Part shown: positions 1 to 14,100 of the stretch, one piece after another
How positions within the stretch are numbered: the stretch's first letter is position 1
How the letters are laid out: the number at the start of each line of letters is the position of its first letter
Source: Lama glama
Taxonomy: Eukaryota
Direction: 5' to 3'
DNA: 63,963 nucleotides
Assembly (NCBI GenBank): GCA_028534125.1
Contig: CM052817.1
Span: forward strand, 49,664,038-49,728,000
The notes under the pieces: model-generated
What the model saw: only the letters and a program-made list of their open reading frames with translations
Told to the model about the DNA's origin: nothing
Databases searched by the model: none
Position numbers and translations under genes: made by a program

Positions 1-204
1 GGGTCATATGGTAAGTCTATTCCTAGTCTTTTGAGGAATCTCCATACTGTTTTCCACAGTGGCTTTCCTTGCTTCCCTATCCCACTCTTAATGACTTAGA
101 TGTCTTCTTTTACAATTTTGTGTTTATTTTATTTGTAAATCATAAGTTATCACTTTTTCAGTTATGAGTTTCTCATTTCTGTAGCATCCTGCTTCTTTTC
201 TATT

Positions 205-1107
205 TAGAGTAGATCTTTCAATATTTCTTTCAGCATGTGTTGCTAAAACTCTTTTAGTTTTTGTTTGTCTGTGAAATTCTTTATCTCTCCTTCTATCCTA
301 AAGGATAGCCTTGCTGGATAAAGTATCCTAAGCTGCATCTTTTTTTCATTGAGGACTTTGAATATATCTTGCCACTCCCTTCTGGCCTGTAGTGTTTGTG
401 TAGAGAAATCAGCTGAGAGCCTTATGGGGGTTCCCTTGTAACTCACTCTTTGCTTTTCTCTTGCTACCTTTAGGATCATTTCTTTATCCATGACTACTCT
501 GGCCATCTTGATTATGATATGTCTTGGTGTGGGTCTGTTTTGGTTCTTCCTATTTGGGACCCTTTGAACTTCCTGTACTTGGATATCTGATTCCTTCTTT
601 AAGTTTGGGAAGTTTTCAGTCATGATTTCTTCAAAAACTTTTTCAATTCCCTTTGATCTTTCTTCCCCTTCTGGGACCCCTATTATTCACACACCTATTA
701 TTGACACACTTTATATTATCCCATAGGTCCCTTATGTTGCATTCATTTGTTTTGATTTGTTTATCTTGCAGTTGTTCTGATTGGGTGCTTTCTGTTGTCC
801 TGTCTTCTAGGTAACTAATTCGTTCCTCTGCATTATCTAGTCTGCTTTGCACAGCCTTTAGATCCGTTCTCATCCCAGTCAATGAGTTTACCAGTTCTAC
901 TTGGTTCTTTATAGCTTCGATTTCATTTTTGACATATTTTATATCTCTAAACACTATCTCTTTTAGTTCCTTCAGTACTTTGATTGCTCCTTTTTTTAAA
1001 TCTTGATCTAGTAGGTTATCGATATCTATTTCACTGATCATTGTTTCAGGGGATTTCTCTTGGTCTTTTAATTGGGAATGGTTTCTCTGCTTCTTCATCT
1101 TGCTCAT
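205..1107 (-). pseudogene. Disrupted L1 ORF1p (copy 1)
   Basis: ORFs 643..1107 and 243..623 encode the L1 ORF1p coiled coil and RRM/CTD motifs (RPTPRHII, IRLSADFS, ARREW, YPARLS); frameshifts near 690 and 240. Confidence 0.9.
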
Positions 1108-1234
1108 ATCTCTCTGGCACTCTGGCTTACAGAGTATCAGTTATTTATTGTGGTCCTTAAAGGAGTTTATTTATTTATCTATCTAATGCCTATGTAGGAA
1201 TAAAAGTTAAAAAATTAAAAAAAGAGAGAGAAAG

Positions 1235-1965
1235 AGAATTTTAAAAGAAGGGAGAAAAAAGTTTTGAAAACAGTGTATAATAATTATAGAGGTGTAATTT
1301 GAATCAGACTAGCATTCAAGTTGAGACGTCTTTTTTAAAAACCCTTTAAAAAAAAGGAAAAAAGATCATAAAACGGTATTTGAAACCTATTTATAATCAA
1401 TAACAGGAGATCAAAACCAAAAGAAATAAAAATGAAATCAGGTGGATTTTTAAACAAATAGTAATATAAATACTTTAAAAGAAAAATTTAAAAGGAATTA
1501 AAACTAGAAGCATATACAATTGTTTATAAAGAAAATTTTAAAAAGGAATTAAAACTAGAAGCATATACAATTGTTTAGAAAGTAGAAATTTAAAAAGTAA
1601 TAAAAAGTAGAACAGGTAGAAAAAGATATAAAGAGGGAATTTTGAAAAATGGGAGAAAAAAAGGTTTGAAAACAGTGTATAATGAATAATTGAAGAGCAA
1701 GTTGAAGCAGAATAGCAATCGGGCTGCAACGTCTCTTAAAAACCTTTAAAAAAGGAGAAAAGAGGAAAAAGATATTTGTAACCTGTGTATAATCAATAAC
1801 AGGAGATCAAAACCAAGAGAGATAAAAATGACATGACATGGATTTTTTAAAATAATATTTTTTAAGAGAAAAATTTAAAAGGGATTAAAGCTGAGAGAAT
1901 ATGTAATTGTTTAAAAGGTAAAAATTTAAAAAGTAATGGAAAATACAACAGGTAAAAACAGATTT
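1235..1965. repeat. Diverged ~400-nt tandem dimer with a nested 36-nt exact repeat, inside the copy 1 5'UTR
   Basis: 'tttgaaaacagtgtataat' and 'ataatcaataacaggagatcaaaaccaa' each occur twice, ~400-405 nt apart; aaaggaattaaaactagaagcatatacaattgttta at 1491 and 1542. Confidence 0.8.
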
Positions 1966-4900
1966 TTAAAAAAGGGGGGGAAGGGGTGTTCTCCTGGAGA
2001 CTGTGTGCTCTTAATGAGAAGTCTTTCTGTCTTCGCCCTGTTTCATGAACTCAGCTTGCTGTTTTCATAGGCCCTCCATTGGCGCCCTCATCTGTGCTGC
2101 TCCCAGTGCCCGTCGCCAAGCAGATCGCGCCCCCTCCCAGCACAGCATTCCTGCCGGAAAAGCGGGGGGCCACCCGCCATCTCCCAGTGCCTGTCCCTCC
2201 GCAGCTCCGCGCCGCTGCGCGCTCTGCCCCAGGTGGGCGCTCCCCAGGCGGACCCTGGGAAGACCGCAGAACAGCCCCGCCCCTGCTCCGTGTCTAAATT
2301 CAGCTCGTTTGTCCTGGCAGCACGAACTCTTCGAGACACCAAGGCCGAAGGATCCTATCTGACTGCAGCTGCAAACAAGTCACTGTCTGGCCTTTGAGGG
2401 TGCCAAGCCCCCAGGCACAGATTCAGGTCTCACCCCCCACCCCCACCTGGGTGCCAAGTGCCAGAGGATATGGCAGCCGCACCTGAGCCCCAGCTCTCCT
2501 GGCCAAAAACCTTCCGTGGGTTTTCAGAGATGGAGGTATGCACCCTTCCCCCAGGGCACATCAGCCGTGCTGTTTTACGGAGGGCTCATGTTGTTCTGCC
2601 CTGTGCACCCACTCATCAACGTTGCGTAGCACCCTGCAGTCCCCCGGAGCTGCCTCAGTGCAGCCATCCCCGTCCTCCGCCCACTCAGGCAGCCTGTCCC
2701 GGCCCCCAGCTCCCAGCCTGGATCTTGGGCTGGGTGTTGCAGGGACGCTCTGTGCCCATTTAACTTAGTTCTATCAGTCAAGGGCTGCTCCGTACAGATC
2801 AGAGCCTCGGAGGCTCCCCCTCCTTCCCGCTGGCCTCTCCGTTGGAAAGGGGGAGACCCAGTGAATCAGCGCCAGTCCTCCTTTGCGCCTCCCTCCCTGT
2901 GGGACCAGTTTCGCACTGTTTTGCCTTTTCATCTTTCTTTTTTTCCTTTCTCCTACCAGATTTTTGGCATCTTTGTCTTCTGAAGAGGACAATGCTCTGT
3001 CGGAGTTCCGCAGGTGCTCTGGTTGGCTGGGTGGGTCCGTGGATGTGAGTCTTGGTGTACCTGTGGGAAAGGCTGAGCTACGAGCGTCCTACTACTCCAC
3101 CATCTTGGCCCCGTCTCCCCATGCTCATTTATTAATTGTAATTATATGTTTCTGTTTTGGCAAAAACTTCTTTTCAAAAGAAAAGAGAAACTGAAATATG
3201 AATTTAAATGTTGATTGTCAAGTTGACTAAAGGAAAGATTCACCACATATTGAATGTCAGAGTGTTTGCAGAGGTGCTGATAAGTGCATTCATTCAAAGA
3301 TATCAGTTTCTGGCCTCAAATCTTTCACTATCTAACAGGAGAAACATTTTGAAATTAAGCAAAACTAAAACTAAACGCCTGCTTGAAGGGAAAGCATGGG
3401 TCGAGGATTGTTTGGTTGGTAGGGAAATTAAAAGATAACATCCAGGAGGAGTTATCTTGGAATGTAGGCTTTCAGAGTCTATGGACCCTGTGTAGTCACA
3501 TCCTAACTAAATGACTTGAACCTTACAGTGAGGTGGATTTTGAATTGAGAACTGCACTACAAAGAAAGGAAACAATATTTTAGGCATGCGGGCAAAGACA
3601 CAATGAGGAGAAAAGGATCTGATCAACAGAAAAGGAAACTCAAAGACGCTGCTGTAGCTACAAAGGAAAGCGCATGGAGAGTCAGGGAAGCCCTTGCAAA
3701 AGGCAATGGCACAAATATGTTTTCATTTTCCCACGTTAAAGCTGGATTCCCCTTTAAGCAGACACAAATGAATTACTGGGCAGACATAATGAGTACACAT
3801 ACCACTGCAGCAAGAAAAGTGAGTCAAGGAAACCCACTACGGAAATCTCGGATCTTGTTTCACACTTGCCTCTGACAGAAGTAAAGGCAGGGCCTTAAGA
3901 CCAGACTGTACTGACTCAGAACAGAGTGCCATCTCTTGAAAGACAAACAAAAACTGCTCCAAGTACTCAAGGGTGTTGCTTAGGTTTTGGGCACAATATT
4001 ATTTCTCATTTAATTATCCAGAACCAGGAAATTCTTACTTCCTGCAACAAAGATTCTCAAGTGATTCTTTACCTCAAACCATACTGCTGGTTAAAGTTTA
4101 CCCATCCCAACTTGTTAAACTAGTTTATTTTAAGTCCTTAAGTATTCTCTCTTTATCCAGTTTCCAAGTCTGAAAGAATGCCCAGGATGCTACTCATTTG
4201 ACGAGAAATCACAAAGCAGCACAGAGGCAGAAGAGTCTGCATTCTCAACGGTGTATGATGTACCAGTAAGTTTATTATTTTTTATATTTAAAAGACTTGT
4301 TTCAGATTTGTGGTTTCCAATTCAGGAAATTATTCTGAATTGTAAATTCAAAAGTTTTTTTCTCTATTGTTGAAGAAAATAACAACAGTAATGTTAATAT
4401 TCTTATTTCAGGAAACAATGCTAATGATTTTTTATTTAAGATTTGGTAAGTTTAACATGTTGGATTTTAATTGGAAAATTTAATGTGAAAATGACATAAT
4501 CACAGAGAAAGGAGGAAAACCAGAGAGGCTGAGGTAAAATTGTGTAAATTTGTAGGCGTGGAATGATGGAGAAAGTAAGAAGGTGTTTTCTCACCCTCAA
4601 CTCAGAGTTTAGAATACATAATGCTGTTTGTGATCTTTCTAAATTATGCATTTGATATACTGAAAATGGAAGAAATACGTAAGTTGTATAGAAAGTACTG
4701 TACTTTAATCCCCATTGTGAAACTGATAAATGTAAGTAAAACTTCAAAAAATAAGAATTTTAATGTCCTTTGAGAAATCATTTGCCTTTTAAAATAAAAA
4801 ATTAAAGAACAGTATAAGAATAATTTGTACATAAGACTATAAAAAGTGAGAAGGAAATACTTCTAAGATTTCTGTTTTTAATGTATTTGGAAGGAAGTCT

Positions 4901-6504
4901 CTAGAAAATAAATCTTAAATGTTTTTAGCCCCTACTCCCCTGTCCGATCTATTCTGTATTTTTCTACACCTTGAACATTAATTCTTCATATACAAATATG
5001 ATGTTAATGAGTGCAAGTTGCTCAAGGTAATAAGGGAATTACAAATGTCTTTTCTAATGACTTTTAATTAGAGTTGCACTCTTTTCTTCACTGGTAATAA
5101 TATAATATTGTATATAAAACTCAATAAAACACACGTGGATTTCTGGATCACAGTCTCCCCCATTAGTTACAATTCTTTATAATCATTCAAAATGTTCCCC
5201 TTGAAGGACTAGCTCAGGGGCAGACCATTTGACTAAAAATGTTCCCCCTTCTCCCTGCTCACCTTAGAGGCACAAATTAAGGTTTAGGTTTCTAAAAAAC
5301 AAATTAAACAAAAACAACTTTTCACATTTAATTGGTATTACTTTTAGAACTAGCACTCATTAGGATATTCTTTTCAAATGGACAATAATAGAAACAAAAT
5401 GATAATCACTATTACTATTATTTTTATTTCAAAGTATCTCTAATCTGCAGGGTGAAAATTGTGATTCCACACCAATAAAGAGAATTTAGTTAATCTATTT
5501 TTTGCTCTTCGGTATCTTTAATAGTCAAGCATTTACTCAAGAATTGCTATGTACCAGTCACCATTTTTGGCATTGGAGGGATAGGGATAAATAAACATAC
5601 AGTTTTAATTCAGTTTCTTTTAAGGCTTATGTAAATGTCAATTCTGGTTAAATGTTATAGCTGGTTAAAGGCAAAATAAATCTACCAGAAAGGTAAGGAG
5701 AGAAATGAAAGTGATGTAAAGGGAGAGAGACAGGAAAAATAGACTGAAGTAAAAAGCTGGGAAAGTAAAAGACCTTCATCTGGTCAATAGACTAAGGTTT
5801 TCAAAAATTCTCCCTCCAGATCTAAAATCCTTAAAAACTCGATGGTGCCAATCCCTACCCAGATAAATTTTTGCCATATTGCCTTTGGCTTTCTTTGGCT
5901 TTGAGGCTCACAGGAATAGTAAGGGATGAGTGTGATGGGTTGAGTGGAAGAGGTGTTGTTGAAAAGCTATCTCTACTCTCCATGGATAATCCATGCCCCA
6001 GTGTAGTTAAGTCTCAGAGGGTTTTCTCCATTTGGAATATACAAATAACCCTTTATTTATTAGTTTTTGTCACCTGTGAGTATTATGAAGAAAATATATC
6101 ATACTCTTTGTTGTGCCTGCCAGTACTAATTAGAATGCCTGGCACATATTTTGTTAGTTGAACAGTTTAATTGTTCATCAAATTTATTTGGGACTAATTT
6201 CCAACTAACAACTCATCAGCTACTGGTTGTTTGGATTCTCCTCATTAACTTAAAATTCACCTACCTAGATTTCGTACTACCTTTAAAGACTCTTTTTTAC
6301 ACAGAAATATTTTATTTTTCTAGTAAGCCACTCTGTATTTAGATATAGTGATATATAGAGTTGTAAATATATTTATAATACTTAGTACTTTTTTCTTTCT
6401 TAAAAGTGAATAACTATGAAACAGATTCCTTGAATTATTGCATTCCTACAATGAGTTTCTAAAAAATTGTACATTTCTCTGCCTCAGAAATATCTCTTCT
6501 CTTT

Positions 6505-6835
6505 TAAAAAATTGAGATATAATTGACATATATCATTATAGTTTCAAATGTACCATATAATGATTTGACATTAGTATATCTTGTGAAATGTTCACCCCAA
6601 TGTCACATTGACACCTGTTATCATACCTAGTTACAAATTTGTTTCCTTGTGATGGAAATTTTAAGATTTACTCCCTTCATAATTTTCAAATATACAATGC
6701 GGTATTATTAACTGAAATCATCATGCTGTACATTACAACCCCATGACTTATTTACTTTATAACTGTAAGTTTGTACCTTTTGACCCCTTCACCCATTTTG
6801 CCCATCTCTTACCCCAACCTCTGGTAACCACCAAG
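6505..6835 (-). mobile_element. Old L1 (L1MA-like) 3' end fragment
   Basis: 'attgagatataattgacata...ctctggtaaccacc' is typical of an antisense L1M 3'UTR. Confidence 0.7.
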
Positions 6836-7599
6836 AGTCTCTTCTTGTAATAACACCCATTAGTGGATTTTAAGTTATTTCCCACATTAATTGTTTAAAT
6901 CAAGTTTGGATTTTATAGAAATGGCATAAAAGGACTCTGTCAAGTGAAAGCATGTCACTGTAGAAAACAGTGACTTTAATGACTTTAATTTGGAAAGCAA
7001 ACCTGTCATTATAATGAGAGGCTTCCCTCAGCTTCTGTAATAGCATCTTAGGCTCTAGGAATTCAGCATTGTGAATGTACTACTAGGACTGGATGCAAAA
7101 CAATGAAAAGATAGATGGCCCCCAAACTGAATAAGAGTAATTAATATCTCTGAATAGCATAATTTCAAGTTTATAAATACACTTCAAGCTTTTTCAGAAC
7201 ACATACATACATTAAACATATATACCTAGATGTAAGACATGTATACACGTAGTAAGACTTAAGACAGAAACATATCTGTTTTACCTATGATTAAGTAGTT
7301 TACAGGAAAATGCCATGATAAATTGTTTTTAATTTAAGTAGCTTCTATTTTTAAAATTTTTCAATCTTGTTAAAATTGATACATTATAAATAACACTGTA
7401 ATAACGAACATCCTTCTGGATAGTTTTTGCACATATTCAAAATTATTTCCTTAGGATAAATTATCTTCTGCACTTTCACAATTTCTGGAATGTGCTACAT
7501 CCAAACATTTTTTTCATTGAATAGTGTCTATATCCCTGGAAAATTGAAATATAGTTCTTTCTTCAGAACAGAGAATTTTTTACAGCCTTCTCAAGGGTT

Positions 7600-9220
7600 T
7601 ATTATTGAGGATTTACTTTTTGTCCTCCTCACTCCTCGGTGCCACCTCAGATCATTACTCTCCACACCCTTGTGAACTGTCTTGTTATTGGAAGCTCGAA
7701 CAATGCTGCTCTCCACCCCTTTCCTTCCTCACTACTGTCCTCATGGACCCATGATAATGCCTTCTACTTATTAAAGACGGACACTCACCTCCCTATCTCA
7801 TTCTCTTCTCCAAGTCTTACGTTTACCCTAGGTAGCCTCAGTTCCCATGTGGTTGACTTCCAACGTTCTCGTCATTTGTTCCCTTAATTGTCTCATCTCT
7901 GTAATCTTCTCTTGAAATATTACTCTCATGCCCACACCCTAGACTTTGTCATGACTTGCTGTTACTGTCTCTGAATCATAACTTTGGACAACTATCACTA
8001 TCCTAACCTTCCTTCTTACAGTCTTAGTTACTTCTAATGCATAATGCATCAGGTTTTTAAATTATTATTCATTGGCTCTTCCAATCTATGAATTCTTCAT
8101 ATACTTCAGCTGTCAACTCCACCAAACATCAAGCACACATGCGCACACACACACACACACACACAGAGTCATCTTTCTTCCTCTTGTGATCCTTAGATTC
8201 ATCATTCCAACAAATTCAATGTCTTAAACTCCATTTAATTCTCTTGTCCCATATTTCTTTTATCATTCATACCTGGATAAATTCTACAGAGTCTGTAACT
8301 ATCTGAACAATGGCTCATCTCTGCCCAGACAGACCACTGAGGAACACTACAAATGTGCAGGAAGTACCAGTTCTTCTGAGCCCTCAGCTCCACTTCCTAT
8401 TTCTACTACCTTCTTTTAGTCTATATTCCCGTTTTCCACAATGACTATTTTCAACTTCTCCAGCCTCCTCAAACTTTCAATCCTCATCACCTGTCCTCTC
8501 ATGTTTCTGCTACTTCAAGGAAATAATGTGGTGATCAGTTAGGTGAGAATTCCTTCAACTTCCTGACAACAAACCAACAAACCTACTTATATCCATTCAT
8601 ACTCTCAAGAGGATGCCTACAGTTTGTTCAAGTTCTCCAATCTATTAGGTTGAACCATATGAAAATGTATATGACCACTTTGTCCTACACAAAGAGTACA
8701 CAAATATGTGTGAACTTAATAGTTTAGGATTTATGATCCTTCAGATATGCTCTCAACTCACAACTTCAGGAACTCTACTGGCTAGTTTACACCATTGTAA
8801 GTATACTCAAAACTTGCCCACTCATAAGGAAAAATGTTCATCAACCCCATACACCTTGACAACTTCTCTCTTTTCCTATCCATAATCTAATTCATTAAAA
8901 AAAATGTTGATATCCACTGTCTCAGCTTCTCACTTCCAATTATTCTCCAAACCCCTGATGTTTGGTTTATAACTCCACTATTCTGTTCCTTTTCCTGTCA
9001 TGGTCATCGTGATTCACTATTGCTTAATCTAATGGATATTCTAAGTTTTTAAATCATATTTGATTTCCAAACAGCATTTGACACTGTGGATCAATCTCTC
9101 CTTGAATATCTTTTATCCTTTGTTTTCATATCATACTCATTTTCCTCCTTATTTCCTCTGTGGTTTTCAGGCTTTTTCATTTTTTGTCTTTATCTTAAAG
9201 GTTAGCCTTCTTTAGGATCA
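7600..9220 (+). mobile_element. Degenerate L2 LINE internal fragment
   Basis: Pyrimidine-rich degenerate sequence with an RT motif remnant GCA TTT GAC ACT GTG GAT (AFDTVD) at 9074. Confidence 0.55.
8133..8165. repeat. (CA)n microsatellite
   Basis: cacacacacacacacacacaca. Confidence 0.9.
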
Positions 9221-11103
9221 TTCTCTGAGTCTTCTACTATTTCAACTAAAAAATATTCTTGAGCATCTACCATATTCCATGTGCTGAAAATACAATGATG
9301 AATTTGACAAAGTACTTGGCATTTTAAAGTGGTAAAGTAAAATTGCCATATTGAAAGGAATGCATATTTAATGGAATATTCATGGTAAGTTAACCTACTC
9401 CTTTTCATATTTGTAACATGTAACTTCCAATTTGTCATCTGACTTTTATTTATGAAAAGTTGATACATAGAAGTTTTGATGCTATTCTTAGCTTGCCTTC
9501 CTTTTTAAGCAGTCAAATTATTTAGTTTTTCCCTTTGTAATTTGTGCCTCTATATGTCACTTTTAGGAAATGGAGCTGTCATTCATAAATATGATGACAA
9601 AGGGTCAAAATAAGCCAGGATCATGAGGAATTAACTTGTCTAATCTCCTATATCCAAGAAGTTTATTAGCAAAGGCAATAAATAACTCAAAACAGTGAAA
9701 ACTATATACTTCATACAAGTAAGGCAGTTTTTAAAAGGAGAGTTCTCCTCCTCATGTGATGTTTAAATAGGATAAATTTTTTTTAGTTTTTCTGAAGAGT
9801 GTTGATAAACTACAATACTTAAGTTTCCCTATAGGAATAAATAATGTACAATGATTATTTTATAGACTTATAAAAGAATATTTTGTAGCCTGAAAGTACT
9901 ATTGCGTAATGCATCCACAATGAATCTTGTTTCACAAATTGACAACACAGGCTATATTCTTCTTGCCAGTTCATTAGTCATCTAAGGAGAAATGTCTTCC
10001 AAATTTCCTAGGTATTGACATATTACTGAGTTAAAATGTAATCTCAATTCTCATGTTTGGTAAATGAACTCGACAGAAAACTTCAAGTTATACTTAGGGA
10101 TGACAGAGAGTAAATACACAGAAAATTTTTTACGCCAACCAAGTAACAGTAAGATGAGCTCAGTGCTATTTCAACAATAACACAAAAAGGTACTCAAGTA
10201 CTACTAAAGACAAGACTTGTAACTGAGCAGGTGCTAGAGGCACAAAGGAAACATGATCTCTGGTAAGTGGAAGAAAGAAAACAATAAGTAGTAACAAATA
10301 GGATACAATTTAGAATTTAATCAATATTTAGCACAGGTATAATCAATGTACTTCAGCAGCATTATCTAAAAGATCAGTACTCCTATTGCTAGCGATGTAT
10401 CAGATGACATTAGGTAGGATTTATTTTATGTTAGAGAATATTTTATATTAGAGGTATATTAGGGAAGGTAAGCTACTATATCAAACTCAGTATTTGGTGG
10501 GTATCTTAAAATACGAGTCCATTTAAAAAATTTAAGGAAATCAATTTAGGGGTATTAGAGTTTATGGCAAAAATTGTGATGACTGAAGCTGAAATTTGTA
10601 AAAAGAAAACTTCAACAATTCAAAGAAAGAGCAGTTAATTTCAAGCAGGACAGAAAATCAACACTTAAAATAGAGCATTTGGATGAGGTCTCAGAGATAA
10701 GTATATTTTTTGTAAGTAGGGAAACAGGTCAGGGCAATTCTAGGCTGGGATTATTAGACTAAGAATGTAGAATGCCTCCTTAGTTAATGTAATAGGTGTT
10801 TTGTTCTTTTTTGTTTTATTTTTGAGTAGGCTGATAGCCTCAAGAAGAATGCAAAACACAAGCCCCTCTTTTTAAAACAAATGCTTATTTTATCGGTTTA
10901 TTACAGAGGGTATTTACATGCTTCAGCAGTCATAAAAATGTATCATAAAAAGGCAGGAAAAAATTCTACAAATAATCTGATTTTTAAGTTTCAATGTTGC
11001 TGTTGCTATTGTCACTTTTTTTTTTCCTGGAGAAAAGATGTTTACACTGCACTAAAAAAAATTAAGTTTTCCTTTGTTTTTTGGTGGGATTTGCTCTAGT
11101 GTC

Positions 11104-14100
11104 TTTTTTTTTTTACATTTTTTTATTGAGTAATAGTTATTTTACGTGCTGTGTCAAATTCTAGTGTAGAGCACAATTTTTCAGTCATACATGAACATAC
11201 ATATATTCATTGTTACATTTTTTCCTCCATGAGCTACCACAAGATCTTGTATATCTTTCCCTGTGCTATACAGTATAATCTTGTTTATCTATTCTGTATT
11301 TTAAAATCCCAGTCTGTCCCTTCCCACCCTCTGCCCCCTTGGCAACCACAAGTTTGTATTCTATGTCTATGAGTCTGTTTTTGTTTTGTATTTCTGTTTT
11401 GTTTTTGTTTGTTTTTTTTTAGATTCCTCATATAAGCAATCTCATATAGTATTTTTATTTCTCTTTCTGGCTTACTTCACTTAGAGTGACATTCTCTAGG
11501 AACATCCAAGTTGCTGTAAATGGCATTATGTTGTCAGTTTTTGTGGCTGAATAGTATTCCATCGTATAGATATACCACCTCTTCTTTATGCAGTCGTCTG
11601 TTGACGGACATCTAGGCTGCTTCCATGTCTTGGCTATTGTAAATAGTGCTGCTATGAACATTGGGGTGCAGGTGTCATCTTGAAGTAGGGTTCCTTCTGG
11701 ATATATGCCCAGGAGTGGGATTCCTGGGTCATATGGTAAGTCTATTCCTAGTCTTTTGAGGAATCTCCATACTGTTTTCCACAGTGGCTTTCCTTGCTTC
11801 CCTATCCCACTCTTAATGACTTAGATGTCTTCTTTTACAATTTTGTGTTTATTTTATTTGTAAATCATGAGTTATCACTTTTCCAGTTATGAGTTTCTCA
11901 TTTCTGTAGCATCCTGCTTCTTTTCTATTTAGAGTAGATCTTTCAATATTTCTTTTAGCATGGGTTTAGTGTTGCTAAACTCTTTTAGTTTTTGTTTGTC
12001 TGTGAAATTCTTTATCTCTCCTTCTATCCTAAAGGATAGCCTTGCTGGATAAAATACCCTAAGCTGCATCTTTTTTTCATTCAGGACTTTGAACATATCT
12101 TGCCACTCCCTTCTGGCCTGTAGTGTTTGTGTAGAGAAATCAGCTGAGAGCCTTATGGGGGTTCCCTTGTAATGCACTCTTTGCTTTTCTCTTGCTGCCT
12201 TTAGAATCATTTCTTTATCCTTGACTCTGGCCATCTTGATTATGACATGTCTTGGTGTGGGTCTGTTTGGGTTCTTCCTGTTTGGGACCTTTTGAACTTC
12301 CTGTACTTGGATATCTGATTCCTTTAGGTTTGGGAAGTTTTCAGTCATGATTTCTTCCAATATCTTTTCAATCCCCTTTGATCTTTCTTCCCCTTTTGGA
12401 ACCCCTATTATACATAGATTGGCATGCTTTATATTATTCCATAAGTCCCTTATATTGTTTATTATTTGTTTATCTTGCAGTTGTTCTGATTGGGTGCCTT
12501 CTATTGTCTTGTCTTCAAGGTAACTAATTCGTTCCTCTGCATCATCTAGCCTGCTTTGTACAGCCTTTAGGTCAGCTCTCATCTTCAGCAAATGAGTTTA
12601 CTAATTCTACTTGGTTCTTCTTTATAGCTTCTATTTCATTTTTGACATATTTTATATCTCTAAACACTATTTCTTTTAGTTCCTTCAGTACTTTGATCAC
12701 TCCTTTTTGAAATTTTGATCTAGTAGGCCATCAGTGTCTATTTCTGTGATCGTGCTTTCAGGAGCTTTCTCTTGATCTTTTAATTGGGAGTGGTTCCTCT
12801 GCTTCTTCATATTGCTCATATCTCTCTGGCACTGTGGCTTAAGGAGTATCAGTTATCTAATTCTCCTGGAGACGGTGTGCTCTTAATGATTTTATTGAGA
12901 GGTCTTTGTGTCTTCGCCCTGTTTTGTGAACTAAGCTTGATGTTTCTAGAGGCCCTCTGTTGGTGCCCTCATCTGTGCTGCTCCCAGTGGCTGTCAGCTA
13001 GCAGATTGCACCCCATCCTAACACTAGGTCAGGAGTTGAGCTCTTACCCGGTGGGTGGGTGGGTCACTCCCCCTCCTGATGCCACAGTCAGATGCTGTGC
13101 TGGGAGGGGGAGGCAGGTGGGCGGATCGCACCCCCTCCCAGCACCGTGGTCAGGTGCTGCATTCCTACCAAGAAGGCATGTAGCCACCTGCCCTCTCCCA
13201 GCACTGGTCGCTCCACTGCCCTGTGCAGCTACCTGCTCCACCTAGGGTCAGCACTCCAAAGGCGGGCTCAGGGAAGACCACGCAACAACCCCGCCCCTGC
13301 TCCGTGCCAAATCTCAGCTTCCTGTTTGTCTTGGCAGTGCAAGTTCTCTGAGGTTCCAAGGCAGAAAGATCCTATCTGCCTCAGGCTGTGAACAAGTCTC
13401 AGTCCTGCCTAGGTTGCAGAGCCCCCGGGTGCAGATTAAGGTCTCGGCCCCGCCCCAACCCAGGCCCTGCGCATAGGAGGAGATGGCTGCTGTGGCTGCA
13501 CCCTGCCTCTCTTCTTGCGAGAAGCTCCAGTGATGGCACAGGTCTGAGGAGACAAAGTCTACGGCGCCCCTCCCCCCAGGGCACACCAGCCATGTTGTTT
13601 TGCTTTTTTTTGCAACTTATGGGGGACTGAGATTGTTCTGCTCCGTATCCCCTCCCAGCCACAGTGCGCAGCACCCTGCAGTCCCCTGGGGCTGCCTCAG
13701 TGTAGCCACCTAAGTCCTCCATCTGGCTCGGGCGGCCTGTCCAGCCCCAACTGCCAGCTTGCGTCTCGGGCTGGGTGTCGTGTGGACCCTTTGTACCTGT
13801 TTAACTCAGTTCTGTCGGTCAAGGGGTGCTCAGGGCAGATCTGAAACTCAGAGGCTCCCTCTCTGTCCCGCTGGCCTCTCACTGTAAGAGGGGAGACCCA
13901 GCAAATGAGCACAAGTCCTCCTTTATCGCTCCCTCCCCATGGGACTGGTCCCGCACTGTTTTGCTTTTTCTTCTTTTTTCCTTTTCTCCTACCAGATTTT
14001 TGCCGTCTTTGTCTTTCAAAAGGGCAATGTCTGTCAGAGTTCTGCAGGTGCTCTGGTTGGCTGAGTAGGTCTGTAAATGTGAGTTTTGGTGTATTTGTGG

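Larger units (their letters stand above)
1..3120 (-). mobile_element. L1-derived ORF1-only (half-L1-like) element, copy 1; its 3' end lies outside the window
   Basis: GC/CpG-rich 5'UTR (~1990-3120), A-rich insert (1150-1988), frameshifted ORF1 (1107 down to ~205), spacer, then a direct jump at ~64 into the ORF2 C-terminal sequence. Confidence 0.9.

Noticed and set aside
1149..1988. Block absent from copy 2 as a spliced-out intron
   Set aside because: In element orientation it begins CACCC rather than GT, and it lacks a matching AG end.
2045..3194. Cluster of overlapping ORFs (also 12784-14168)
   Set aside because: These lie in GC-rich L1 5'UTRs where stops are rare; they have no recognisable domains and frames are not shared between the two copies.
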